This document shows, in pieces, positions 30,900-46,119 of a stretch of DNA of 64,000 nucleotides. The first letter of the stretch is position 1, and each line of letters starts with the position of its first letter. A program made the position numbers and the translations under genes. The notes under the pieces are model-generated. The model was not told the DNA's origin, searched no databases, and saw nothing but the letters and a program-made list of their open reading frames with translations. The DNA comes from the human T2T-CHM13v2.0 reference genome, Homo sapiens, in the NCBI RefSeq assembly GCF_009914755.1, contig NC_060930.1. One strand, given 5' to 3'.

Positions 30900-32052
30900 T
30901 CAACCAACAAAGGTCAAAAAGACAAAGAAGAACATTACATAATGGTAAGGGATTTAATTCAACAAGAAGACCTAACTATCGTAAATATATATACACTCAA
31001 CACAGGAGCACCCAGACTGATAAAGCAAGTTCTTAGAGGCCTACAAAGAGACATAGATTCTCACACAATAATAGTGAACATGTCAACACTCCACTGCTAG
31101 TATTAGACAGATAATCGAGGCAGAAAATTAACAAAGATATTCAGGACCTGAACTCAGTATTGGACCAAATGGATCTCATCAACCTCTACAGAAGTCTCCA
31201 GTCTCCACCTCAAAACAACAGAATATACATTTGTCTCATTGTCACATGCACATACTCTAAAATTGACCACATAATTGGACATAAAGTAATCCTCAGCAAA
31301 TGCAAAAGAATCAAAATCATAGCAAACACAGTCTCATACCACAGTGCAATAAAAATAGAAGTCAAGACAAAGAAAATCACTCAAAAATCACACACTTACA
31401 TAGAAATTAAACAACATGCCTTTTAATGACTTTTGGGTAAATAATGAAATTAAGACATAATTCAAGAATTTATTTGAAACTAATGAGAACAAAGATACAA
31501 CATACCACTATCTCTGGGACACAGCCAAGGAAGGCAATGTTAAGAGGGAAATTCATAGCAGTAAATGCCCACATCAAAATGTTAAAAATATCTCAAATTA
31601 ACAACCTAACACCACTACTGAAATAATTAGAGAAGCAAGAACAGATCAATCCCAAAGTTAGCAGAAGACAAAAAGTAACAAAAACCAGAGGTGAACTGAA
31701 GGAAATCAAGACACAAAAAAACCATTCAAAAGATCAATGAAGTCAGGAATTGGTTTTTTCAAAACATTAATGTGATAGATAGGTCACTAGCTAGACTAAT
31801 GGAAAAGAAAAAGAGAAGACTCAAATAAGCACAATTAGAGATGATGAAGGGAATGTTACCACTGACCCCACAGAGACAAAAATAACCATCAGAAACTATT
31901 ATGAAGACCTCTATGCATGCAAGATAGAAAATCTAGAAGAGATGGACAAATTCCTGGACACATACTCCCTCCCAAGACTGAACCAGGAAGAAACTAATTC
32001 CCTGAGCAGACCAATAACAAGCTCTGAAATTGAATCAGCAATGAATAGACTA
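30900..32052 (+). mobile_element. Older primate L1 (L1PB or late L1PA-like) internal ORF2 EN-to-Z fragment
   Basis: Translations KDKEEHYIMV..QQEDLTIVNIY..NTGAPR, YSKIDHIIGHK, LRGKFIAVNAHIK; ends abruptly after 'gaaattgaatcagcaatgaatagactac'. Confidence 0.85.
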
Positions 32053-32913
32053 CATATAAATGTATATGGTAGAAAACAATTGATTATAGCAACAATTTTT
32101 AAAAATTAATACATCTTTTCTAAATTATGAGAAGGAGTTGGTAAAACATTTTCAGCATTATTTATACAGTCTGATAATTAGTTTTAGCATAATTGCTTAG
32201 ATTATTAGGTAATCCAAAATAATACCTTTAATGTTTTATTCATACATGAGCTTTAACATTCAAGTAATAAAATAATTAATATCATCCCTGATTTATTTAG
32301 TACATATTGCATCTAAATTCAGCTCCACTTAATTATTCCAAATATTATTCATTTTTGTCTACCCCCCTTTGCATATCCATTCTTGTTCACTCTCTCTCTC
32401 TCTCATAGTCTGCCTTGATCAACTTGATTTGAGGTTTATTAGTGTTAATCATACTTTGAAAGAATAAAATTGCTTATTTTTGTTTTCTATTTAGTTAATT
32501 TTTATTTTTATTCTTTCTTATGTTACTTTGTTTCTCTTTTTGTTAATGTGTTGATTTACATTTTTGCTCATCATTTTGTTTTTTCACATTCTTCTTTTCT
32601 AATTTATGCATTTAGGACTGAAGACTTGTTTTTCAAGTGCTATTTTAGTTGTGTCTCTTGCTTTCAGAAAGGAGGGGCTTTGTCATTCAACCTTCATACA
32701 TGGAAATTAATTTTAATACATAATTTTCTTTGATTTCTGAATTACTTTAAAAAATGTGTTGTCCAAGCATTTGTATTATGTATTTCTTTGTTTATCTTTT
32801 TGCTGTTATTTCCTAGTGTTAGTAGCTTTCAGTAATTGAGCATGTTCTGCATGACACTGATTTCTTAATGTTTTTAGAAGTTCATTCATAAAAAAGTATT
32901 TAATAAATTTTGA

Positions 32914-33283
<370 letters not shown>

Positions 33284-34049
33284 TGTTTTATATATTTCTA
33301 CTTGATTAACTTCTTTATATTTATGGTATATATAATCTATGTTCTTATTAATATTTGCCTCCGGATGTATTAAGATTTGTTAGATATATATATTAAAACT
33401 TTAAAAACTGTGAATTCACAAATATCTCCTGTTAAAAATAAAACTACTGTTTGTGAAAAACTTTTTTTTACTTAACCAAGAAAGATTTACAGTTAGATTA
33501 TTTACTTTGTGGTCTTTCCACGTCTCCTCTTATACAAGTTTGCTCTCCATATATGAGGGGTTTTTGTGTATTTACATTTCAGCCCCCTTGTAGGTTCTAA
33601 TAAGCATATAATCTTTTTTGTACCAATGTAATATTGTCACAAAGTGTTTGCTTGTATTAAGATAGATTATGCATTATATTGCATGTCTAAAACACTCATC
33701 TAGATGTATCACCTGAAAAAATATGCCAAAATGCGTATGTATTTATCTATAGCAAAAACAAATTTTAAGATCTACCATTGACAGCATACCAAGTAGTTTG
33801 CAGCACGCAAGTTAAGAACTACTGATATGGACTCTTCTACCTTTCTACCAGCTACTTGATCCCAGAGTGCCTCCCTCAATATGTTTATGCAATGAGGAAA
33901 TTTATGATTGAGATACTTTTTAGAGTGAAAAATGAACTTAACTAGAATAACTAAACGGATCCAACACAACATAAAATTGACTGGGAGGAACAGATTGAGT
34001 GACAATCTTTAACTCAGTTTAAGAGATATAAATATTTACAAATTTATTA

Positions 34050-37000
34050 CAACTTGTTTTTTGACCTAACATATAACCTCTTCTTAGGGACGTTCCATAC
34101 ATGCTTGAGAAGAATGTGTAGTCTGCTGATTTGGATAACATTTTTTGTTTATCCCTGTTAGTTCCATTTGGTCTAAATTATTTTTTAAGTTTCACGTTTT
34201 CGTACTGATTTCCTGTCTGGATGATCCATCCATTGCTAAACGTAGGGTATTTAAATCCCCCACTAATATTGTATTGCAGATTATTTCTTCCTTCAGATTT
34301 AATATTTGAATTGTATATTTAGGTATTCAAATGTTGGCTATATACAGATGATGCCCAATTTATGATAGAGTTATATCCTGGTAAGCCCATCATAAGTTGA
34401 AAGTATCATAATAAAAATACAGTTAATATACCTAACCTATCAACATCACAGCTTAGCCTACCTTAACTTAAATGTGCTCAGAACATTTACATTAGCTGAC
34501 AGTTGGGTAAAATCATCTAACATAAGCCTATTTTATAATAAAGTATTCAATATTTCATGTAATTTATTGAATACTATACAAAAAATACTAAATAGAATGG
34601 TTGTATAGGTACTCAAAGCAGTTTCTACTGAACGTGTTTCAATGTTTAACCATTGTAAAGAAAAAAATTTTAAGTCCAACTGTTGTAAATTGAGTATCAT
34701 CTGTATATATTTACAATTGTTATATTCACTTGATGAATTGACCTCTTTATCATTATATAATGACCTTATTTGTCTTGCTTTAAGATTTTTAACTCCTATT
34801 TTGTCTGATGTAAGTATAGCTATTCTTGTTCACTTTTTTTCCATTTGCATAAGATATTTTGTTCTGTCCCTTCACTTTCAATCTCTTTCCTTATAATTGA
34901 ATTGATTCTCTTCTAGATAGCATACAGCTGGGTCTTGTTTTGTATTCTTTCAGCCACTCTGTTTTTTCATTGGATGATTTAATTCATTTACTTGAAGGTG
35001 ATTATTGAGAAGTAAGGACTTACTACCACCATTTTGTTAATTGTGTTCTCTTTTTTTTTTTTTTTTTGGTAGATCCATTTTTTTCTTTCTCTCTTGCTGT
35101 CTTCCTTTGTAATTACGTATTTTTTTCACAAATACACTTAGATTCCTTACTTTTTATCTGTAGTCTATCCACCATAGGTTTTTGCTTTGTGTGCACTTGC
35201 AAAAATCTTCTTCTGTCTATAAAACAGGCTATTTTAAGCTGATAACAACTTAACTTTGATCACATAAAGAACTTCACACTTTACTGCCTTCCTCACCATT
35301 AAAATTTTTGATATCACAATTTACATCTTTAATATTGTGTATCCCTTAAACTATAGATTAACCTTCATATTATAGACATAAGGGTTTTACACACCACCAT
35401 TACACTGTTAAGGTATAGTGAATATGACTGTATTGACTGATACCAGTGAGTTTTATATTTTCACGTATTTTTGTGTTACTATTTAGCATTCTTTTCTTTC
35501 AGTTTATTGAACGTCCCTTAACATTTCTTGTAATTCAGGTCTGATGGTAGTGAGCTCCACCAACTTTTGTTTGGAAAAGTCTTTATCTCCCCTTCATTTC
35601 TGAAAGACAGCTTTGCTAAATAGAATATTTTTGGTTGACAGGGTTTTTGTTGTTGTTGTTATGTTTTGTTTTGTTTTTGTTTTTCACTGTAGCACTTTGA
35701 AAATATCATCTCACTCTCTCTTGGCCAGTAAGATCTCTGCTGAAAATTCCACTTCTAGCCTTATTGAACTCACTTATATGTTATTTGCATATCTTCTTTT
35801 ACTATTTTTAGAATTCTGTCTTTGATGTTGATTTGACAATTGGATAATAATATGTGTTGGTATAATACTTCTTAAACTGAATCTGATTGGAGACCTTTAT
35901 CTCCCTATACTATACCTTTCTCCAAATTTGGAAACTTTTCTGCTATTTTTTATTTAAATAAGCTTTTAACCTCTTTTTATTTCTCTGTTTTTTAACATAT
36001 GCATAAATTCAACATTTGTGTTTTTGATGCTGTCTCATAGATTCTATAAGCTTTTGTTATTCCTCTTTATTATTTTTTACTCTCACTGTATATTTTCAAA
36101 TAACCTTTCTCTGAGTTCACAGAGTTATTCTTCTGCTTGATCAGTTCTGCTATTGTTGCTCTCCATTGAATTTTTATTTTATTCATTGTATTTTTCAGCT
36201 CCAGAATTTTTGTTTGATATTTTTAATATATAATTTTAATTTCTCTGTTAATTTTTTTAATGTGTTATTTTTTTGTTTGTTTTCCTAATCTAATTAAATT
36301 GTTTTTCTGTATTTTCCTGAAGTTTGTTGAGCTTCCTTTATACATTTACTTTGAATTCTTTGTTAGTCAGGCAGTTAGTATGTCTTCATTTCTTTGGGGT
36401 AAACCACTGGGAGATTATTGTGGGGATTTTTGGTAATGTTATATCTACTTGCCATTTTATGCTTCTTGTTGCTTTACATGATGTTTGCACATGTGAAGAA
36501 CTAGGGACTCCTTTCATTCTGCAGAATGTCTTTGTCTGGGAAAGCCCTTCACTAATTAGCACATCTAGAGATTCTAGGCAGAATATCTGGTGTGGTTCAA
36601 GAGTGAGCTTGTTACGTCAGTCCTCAGACAGAGTGGCTGTATGCTTGTCTGGGTTCGTAGGTAAGTAGATCGGGTACTTGGGTGTGTGAGGTGAGACCTG
36701 AAGCCTATATTCACTGGGGTAGACCTGTTCACTGGGTCTGCAGGGATAGCCCTGAAGCCTGGATCCACAAGAGTAGGCCTGAATTCTGTATCAGTGGGGT
36801 CCAACCTGAAGCCTGAGTCTACAGGTACTGATGTAGCAGTAGGCTGTAACTTGAGCCTGTCTGCAGGAGTTATCTAAGCACCAAGATGGTTCTGCAGCTT
36901 AGGTTCAATGAAATTGGTCTGGAGCAAGAATCCATGAAAGCTGGTCTGGCACTGCAGCAGGTCTGGTAAGAACATATGACGACAGGCCTGGATTTTAACT

Positions 37001-38130
37001 TCATTAGGGCTGGCCTGGGTCTGAAAGGATGGTTTTGGAGCTTTCATCCACAGGGTCCAACCTGGCGCTGGTGTTTACTGCAGTGAGCCCTAACTATGGG
37101 CCTAGTGAAGCAGGCCTGAACTCTGGGTCTTCCACAGCCTAGCGTCAGCTTGATGCTGAAGCTGACATGGAACCAAAGGTCCACAGGGGCTGGCTTGAAG
37201 TCTAGGATCGTAGGTGCTTGCTGGTGCCTGATGCCACTAGGACTGCCCTGGGTCCTAGGGCTTCAGGGATCAGCCTGGGACCTAGGTACACAGGAGCTGT
37301 CATGAAACCTGAGTTCACGGGGAGAAGTCCACGAGTGAGCTTACTGAGACTGGCTTGGACCTTGGGTCTGCTACAGTATGGCGTCACAAGGATCACAGGG
37401 ACCAGTCCAGAGCTTGTGTCCAAGGGTGCCCACCTTGTGTTTGATGTCAGGTGTGCTGAACTGTTTCTAGCATCATCCAGGGACTGTATGGGCTGGCTTC
37501 ACCCTGGATGAACGTATGTCCTGTATTTGTAAGGACAAGCCTGGAGGCGGGCTCCATGGCTGCCAGCCTGATAATTAGGGCAACAGGGTTGACGTGTTGC
37601 TGGGATGGGCCCAAAATCTGTTGTCATGGGGGCTATCCATGTGTTGGAGACAGTCTGGAGGCTGGGATCCCTGAGGTTGGCCTAGCAATAGAGCATTCTG
37701 GAGACTAAATGCACCTCATGGGCCTGGAGCCTGGAATTGTGGAATCCAGATTGATGCCAGAATTGGCTTGAAGTCCACAGGTACCATCCTAGAGTCTGGG
37801 AGTGTTAGAGGTCTATGCAGCACTGGGTTTTATGTGTGTAGGCCCAGTGTAGGGGTTAAAGGAAGAGTCAGATGCTTGTCTTCTCCTTCCCTCAAGCACA
37901 GGGTATCTCTTTTCAGTCTGTGCTGCCCAGGGTTGGGGGAGGGTTGATGTGGGTAATGCAAAACTGTCCTTTCTACCCTCTTGTTTTTTTTTTTTTTTCT
38001 GTGTACACCTGGGTGCTGTGATCTGTGATTCCTCACCTGCTTTCATTAGCTTTTCTAAAGGTATTTTTGTACATGCATAATTGTTTGAATTGATATTTCT
38101 GCTGAGGGAAAAATATTGCTGACATTTCCC
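34050..38130 (-). mobile_element. Ancient L1M 5' half (5'UTR with GC-richer tandem subrepeats, ORF1 and ORF2 start)
   Basis: Antisense EN and ORF1-like sequence at 34050-36500; recurrent 'gcctgaagcctg(g/a)..tccac' units at 36550-37850. Confidence 0.65.
34345..34703. mobile_element. Tigger4b (Zombi-type) DNA transposon
   Basis: TA-CAGATGAT...ATCATCTG-TA terminal inverted repeats; 359 bp; internal 'cctaacctatcaacatcacagcttagccta'. Confidence 0.8.
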
Positions 38131-38289
38131 CTTTGCCTTAGAAGTTTTGTTAAAAAGATAAATATCTTTCAGTGGTAAGACACGGCCAGAATTTGTAGAT
38201 AAAAGCATTTCTAATTCTTGTTTTCAGAACATATAATGCTGATGCAAAGTACATAACAAAGATAAATATAAGATCTAACCTTTATGCTA

Positions 38290-38490
38290 CTGCCTTGAGA
38301 CATTTTTCCAAGGACTTTAGGTGTATCAACTCATTTAATTTTCAAAACAACACCTTGAGTTTGATGTTTATATATTGACCAAAGAGAAAACTGAGATATA
38401 AAGATATACGATTTGACAAAGATAATATGTCTAGGTTATGATTGAGCTAGCATTTAAAAGCAGTCAATTTGGCTTAAGAATTTGAGATTT
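38290..38490 (-). mobile_element. MIR fragment
   Basis: 'aactcatttaattttcaaaacaacaccttgag...gagaaaactgagat...gagctagcatttaaaagcag'. Confidence 0.55.
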
Positions 38491-41110
38491 AACAACTAAA
38501 TCACATGATTTCCTGAAAAATAAAAGGAAAAGCTCCGTGGAAAAGAAATGACATTTTCTCATAATTTTTCATTCTAATATAATTCAGCAAATTTTCTACA
38601 AACACTACAGAGAAAATCACAATTTACCTGATATTTAATGACTGTATACTATTTAATAATCTATCATAGAAATTTAATTGTTTATAAATATTTCATAGAA
38701 ACCTATATATTTTCTTCTTGTCAGATACAAAACCACTTTATTATATTTATTTTTCTCTATTCCAGAATAGGCAGAATTAAGATAGTCAGTGTAGAATAAC
38801 TGAAAAGTTTCACATAGATTATAAAGAATCTTATACTTCTCAGGAAGAATCTTATACTTCTCAGCTTTTCATAAATAATGAAACATAAATTTTTGTGTGA
38901 AGAATCAGGTATATGCATAACCAAAATTCTAGCTCTTCCTCTAAGGAAAGATGGAGATATATGTGAGCACATCTGCATTTCCTGGTTCACTGAATTTTTA
39001 TATTTCACTCAATTAGAGGAAAAGAAAACAAGAGTGCCTATATTGTGTAAATTATATCTGGCCATAATCTAGGTTTCTCCTACTAGTTTTCATTATTGTG
39101 TATATATACTAGTATAAGAAAAATATATAAAAATTTGTTGGCTTCATTGATATAGTCAACTAGGTTTATATGATGTGATAAAAATATATAGATATGATAG
39201 GATTCTATTTGGTAAAATTTTTCCCCCTAGTAAACACGCAGAATATAATTAGATTGAATTCTAAATTATTTATTTCAATAAACACTTTCATAATAATATA
39301 CTCTGTGTGATTCTTTTTGCTATGGTCTAAGCTTTCATTACATTTCTGGTGCCTCAGTCTGCCCTCTGTATATTTTAAATTGAATTATACAATTCACTTC
39401 AGTATTTCAAATTTTCTTCTGAATCCTTTCTATAAGATTAACCTAATTTTTATGCTCAGCAAAATCTAAGCCAAGAAGAATTCCTCCTGAGCTTAATTGA
39501 AGCCTGGGGTTATGCATACTAGTTTCAATGTCCAGGGCACTAACTTGACTTGAAGGAGAAAGAGGTAAAGTCAGAACTATAGTACCAGATTTTGACAGAA
39601 TAAGATACATTTCCTTTAAGGTCTTATTTAACTTTGGAGTGTAATTTTTTAGACATTCTTCAGGCTATTTAAATGCAGACTATGGATTTTTCATGAAATT
39701 ATTTTTTAAACAAACAGGAAGGAAGAGAATACTGCATTATGTGGAATAAATTACATTTACTAAATTTTCCATCCAGTTGTCATGACAACCCTGATACTTT
39801 CCATAATATGTAGACTATTAAGTCTTGAACTAGATATGCTTTTTAAAAAGATACTAACTTTCAGGGAATTATTTTCTATTAGAACTCTTAGAAAGGACCA
39901 CACGATTATTATGCTTCAATAAACAACCTGTGATCCTTATGCTATTCCTTTAAATCACAAAATGGGTGAGAAAAGTATGAAAAACACCTTAAAATATCAG
40001 GGTTCAATAATATTTTCTTTAAATGTCATGTATTTCAAACATCAGCAGATGCTTGAGTCCTATCTTTGGAATCTGTGACAGCTGTTGTCCAGCTAATGTC
40101 TCCAGTGACTGTGAATTTATTATGTCTGCCTGGAAATATCTTCAAAGTAAAGAAATTCTGAAATTAGAACACTCTCCCAATATTCTCCTTTTGCCTTCCA
40201 TCCATTTTTCTTTCTTTTGTAGTTATAAATGAAACCTCTTCCAAATTACTACCTTCACAATAGTTAAAGCTAGCTTAAGTTTGACCCAAGCTCTCTAGTC
40301 ATTGGATTAAATAATGCAATTTCTAACAACTATGCTTATACAGATAATTATAAATTTTTATCCTATCATAAAATATTTCTGTGAGTTATGGATTGCATTT
40401 TGTACTGGATTCACATTTAGAGAGCATACATTTCTTTCATCATTTTATGTTTACTTAATTCAGAAATATTGAGTTTATAATGGTTTATAGATTATAAACA
40501 CATGGCTTCTAAAACTCGTTTGGCCCTTAAAAGAGGGACCTCTTCTTACCCCATCACCACTTTCTATAAGTCACCCTAATACCACCAAAGTTTTATTTGC
40601 CCATGTCAGTCAGTCTGGCTTATTAAAGCCTCCTTCTCTCTGCTAGTCATGCCACCCTTCCTAAAGTCAAATATGTAAGAATTTTGACTAAAGAGTAATT
40701 AATTTGGTCAATATTTATTGACACTCAACAATGTTCCAACAACTATGGGGAGAACAAAGATGAGTAAAATACATACATAGAGATTTTAGTAGTTCAATTA
40801 TACCCTAACTTATAGACAAAATGGACACCCCGTAGCTAACTGAGACACTCAAGTTAGAGCAGAACCAGGTTGAGTGTCAATAAATACTGACTGAATTGAT
40901 TTTGGAAATCTTTAAATGTAGGGGAAAATAAAGGTCACTATAGACAGGTTGAATGGAAAGACTTTGGAGTTTTCAGTACATCTGTAAGACAGCTTGACAT
41001 CTGCCTCATAATACACAAATTGTTGAAACAACCAACTGAAGATAAAATCCTTTAAAATCATATTTCTAACAGAGCAATCATTTGCAAAATTTCAACCTCA
41101 AAGCATACAG

Positions 41111-41195
41111 TCTGTAATTCCATGTAGATATGAATTAGTTCCCTGTGTCATTTTATGTGTCTGGGAACTAAATCATATCTACATGGAATTACAGA
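41111..41195. repeat. Near-perfect inverted repeat (33-bp arms, 19-nt spacer)
   Basis: 41111-41143 versus the reverse complement of 41163-41195: 32/33 identical. Confidence 0.95.
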
Positions 41196-43246
41196 ACCAT
41201 TATTTTTTTGTGACAATTCACACTCCAGAAGACAAAGCTCTGTCCTGGCACAAGGTGAATGAAATTGTTGCCTAGTCAAAACAAGACCGAATACAAGGCA
41301 GAAAACAGATATCACTCATGAGCAATCAATTACAGCACATTCTTGCTAAATTCTGAAAGGAAGTCTTTCTTGGTGCTTTTTCATAGCTCTGTTTTACTCA
41401 TTGAAAATATAAATGAATTTCAATACATTAATTTATGGAAAATTTAATCACAAAAAATGTCAATAATCGTAAGAAGAGAACCAAGTCCAAGATTCTAACA
41501 TAGCTCGGTTATACACAGTTGACATTGGGGAGATCACCTACCACTTTGGTCTTGGTGGGCTAAATGTTCATGTTTCTGAAATGATGAAGTGAGTATATCA
41601 AAATCAGACAAATGTTAACTGTGGTACGTATAGATTATTTTGTTCTAAACATTATTTTTTAATGTGACAGTTACTCTTATTTGGCAGATCTGAACCAGTG
41701 AATTTTCTTGATTCATGTGCAGAGTTAATGAAGTCGATGTTCTGATTTAAAGATCCACAGGGGGTCAGTTAGCTTCACATGGAAAGTTTTGTCCTAATGG
41801 AATAAGTTGTACTTGGTCATAATGCTGAAGAGCTTTGTCTCAAATGTATTCTCTTGCTCATAGTGGAAGCTAGGTAAGATGCAAATTTTATATATATATA
41901 TACATAGTTATTATACTTTAAGTTCTAGGGTACATGTGCACAACATGCAGGTTTGTTACATATGTATACATGTGCCTTGTTGGTGCGCTGCACCCATTAA
42001 CTCGTCATTTACATTAAGTATATCTCCTAATGCTATCCCTCCCCCTTCCCCCCACCCCACAACAGGCCCCAGTGTGTGATGTTCCCCTTCCTGTGTCCAA
42101 GTGTTCTCATTGTTCAATTCCCACCTATGAGTGAGAAGATGCGGTGTTTGGTTTTTTGTCCTTACAATAGTTTGCTGAGAATAATGGTGTCCAGCTTCAT
42201 CCATGTCCCTACAAAGGACATGAACTCATCATTTTTATGGCTGCATAGTATTCCATGGTGTATATATGCCACATTTTCTTAAACCAGTCTATCATTGTTG
42301 CACATTTGGGTTGGTTCCAAGTCTTTGCTATTGTGAGTGGTGCTACAATAAATATACGTGTGCATGTGTCTTTATAGTAGCATGATTTATAGTCCTTTGG
42401 GTATATACCCAGTAATGGGATTGCTGGGTCAAATGGTATTTCTAGTTCTAGATCCTTGAGGAATCGCCACACTGTCTTCCACAATGGTTGAACTAGTTTA
42501 CAGTCCCACCAACAGTGTAAAAGTGTTCCTATTTCTCCACATCCTCTCCAGCACCTGTTGTTTCCTGACTTTTTAATGATCACCATTCTAGCTGGTGTAA
42601 GATGGTATCAAATTGTGGTTTTGATTTGCATTTCTCTGATGGCCAGTGATGGTGAGCATTTTTTCATGCGTCTGTTGGCTGCATAAATGTCTTCTTTTGA
42701 GAAACATCTGTCCATGTCCTTTGCCCACTTTTTGATGGGGTTGTTTGTTTTTTTCTTGTAAATTTGTTTGAGTTCATTATAGATTCTGGATATTAGCCCT
42801 TTGTCATATGAGTAGATTGCAAACATTTTCTCCCATTTTGTAGGTTGCCTGTTCACTCTGATGGTGGTTTCTTTTGCTGTGCACAAGCTCTTTAGTTTAA
42901 TTAGATCCCATTTGTCAATTTTGGCTTTTGTTGCCATTGCTTTTGGTGTTTTAGACATGAAGTCCTTACTCATCCCTAGTGTCCTGAATGCTATTGCCTA
43001 GGTTTTCTTCTAGGGTTTTTATGGTTTTAGGTCTAACATTTAATCCTTTAATCGATCTTGAATTAATTTTTGTGTAAGGTGTAAGGAAGGGATCCAGTTT
43101 CAGCTTTCTACATATGGCTAGCTGGTTTTCCCAGCACCATTTGTTAACTAGGGCATCCTTTCCCCATTTCGTGTTTTTGTCAGTTTTGTCAAAGATGTAG
43201 ATGTGTGGCATTATTTCTGAGGGCTCTGTTCTGTTCCATTGGTCTA

Positions 43247-43432
<186 letters not shown>

Positions 43433-43619
43433 TCATTGGTAGCTTGAGGGGGATGGCATTGAATCTGTAAATTACCTTGGGCGTTATGGCCATTTTCACA
43501 ATATCGATTCTTCCTATCCATGAGGATGGAGCGTTCTTCCATTTGTTTGTATCCTCTTTTATTTCATTGAGCAGTGGTTTGTAGTTCTCCTTGAAGAGGT
43601 CCCTCACATCCCTTGTAAG

Positions 43620-46119
<2,500 letters not shown>

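Noticed and set aside
36324-38208. ORFs of 66-131 aa as a novel gene
   Set aside because: They fall in or beside the subrepeat-rich 5' end of an ancient L1M; no recognisable domain.
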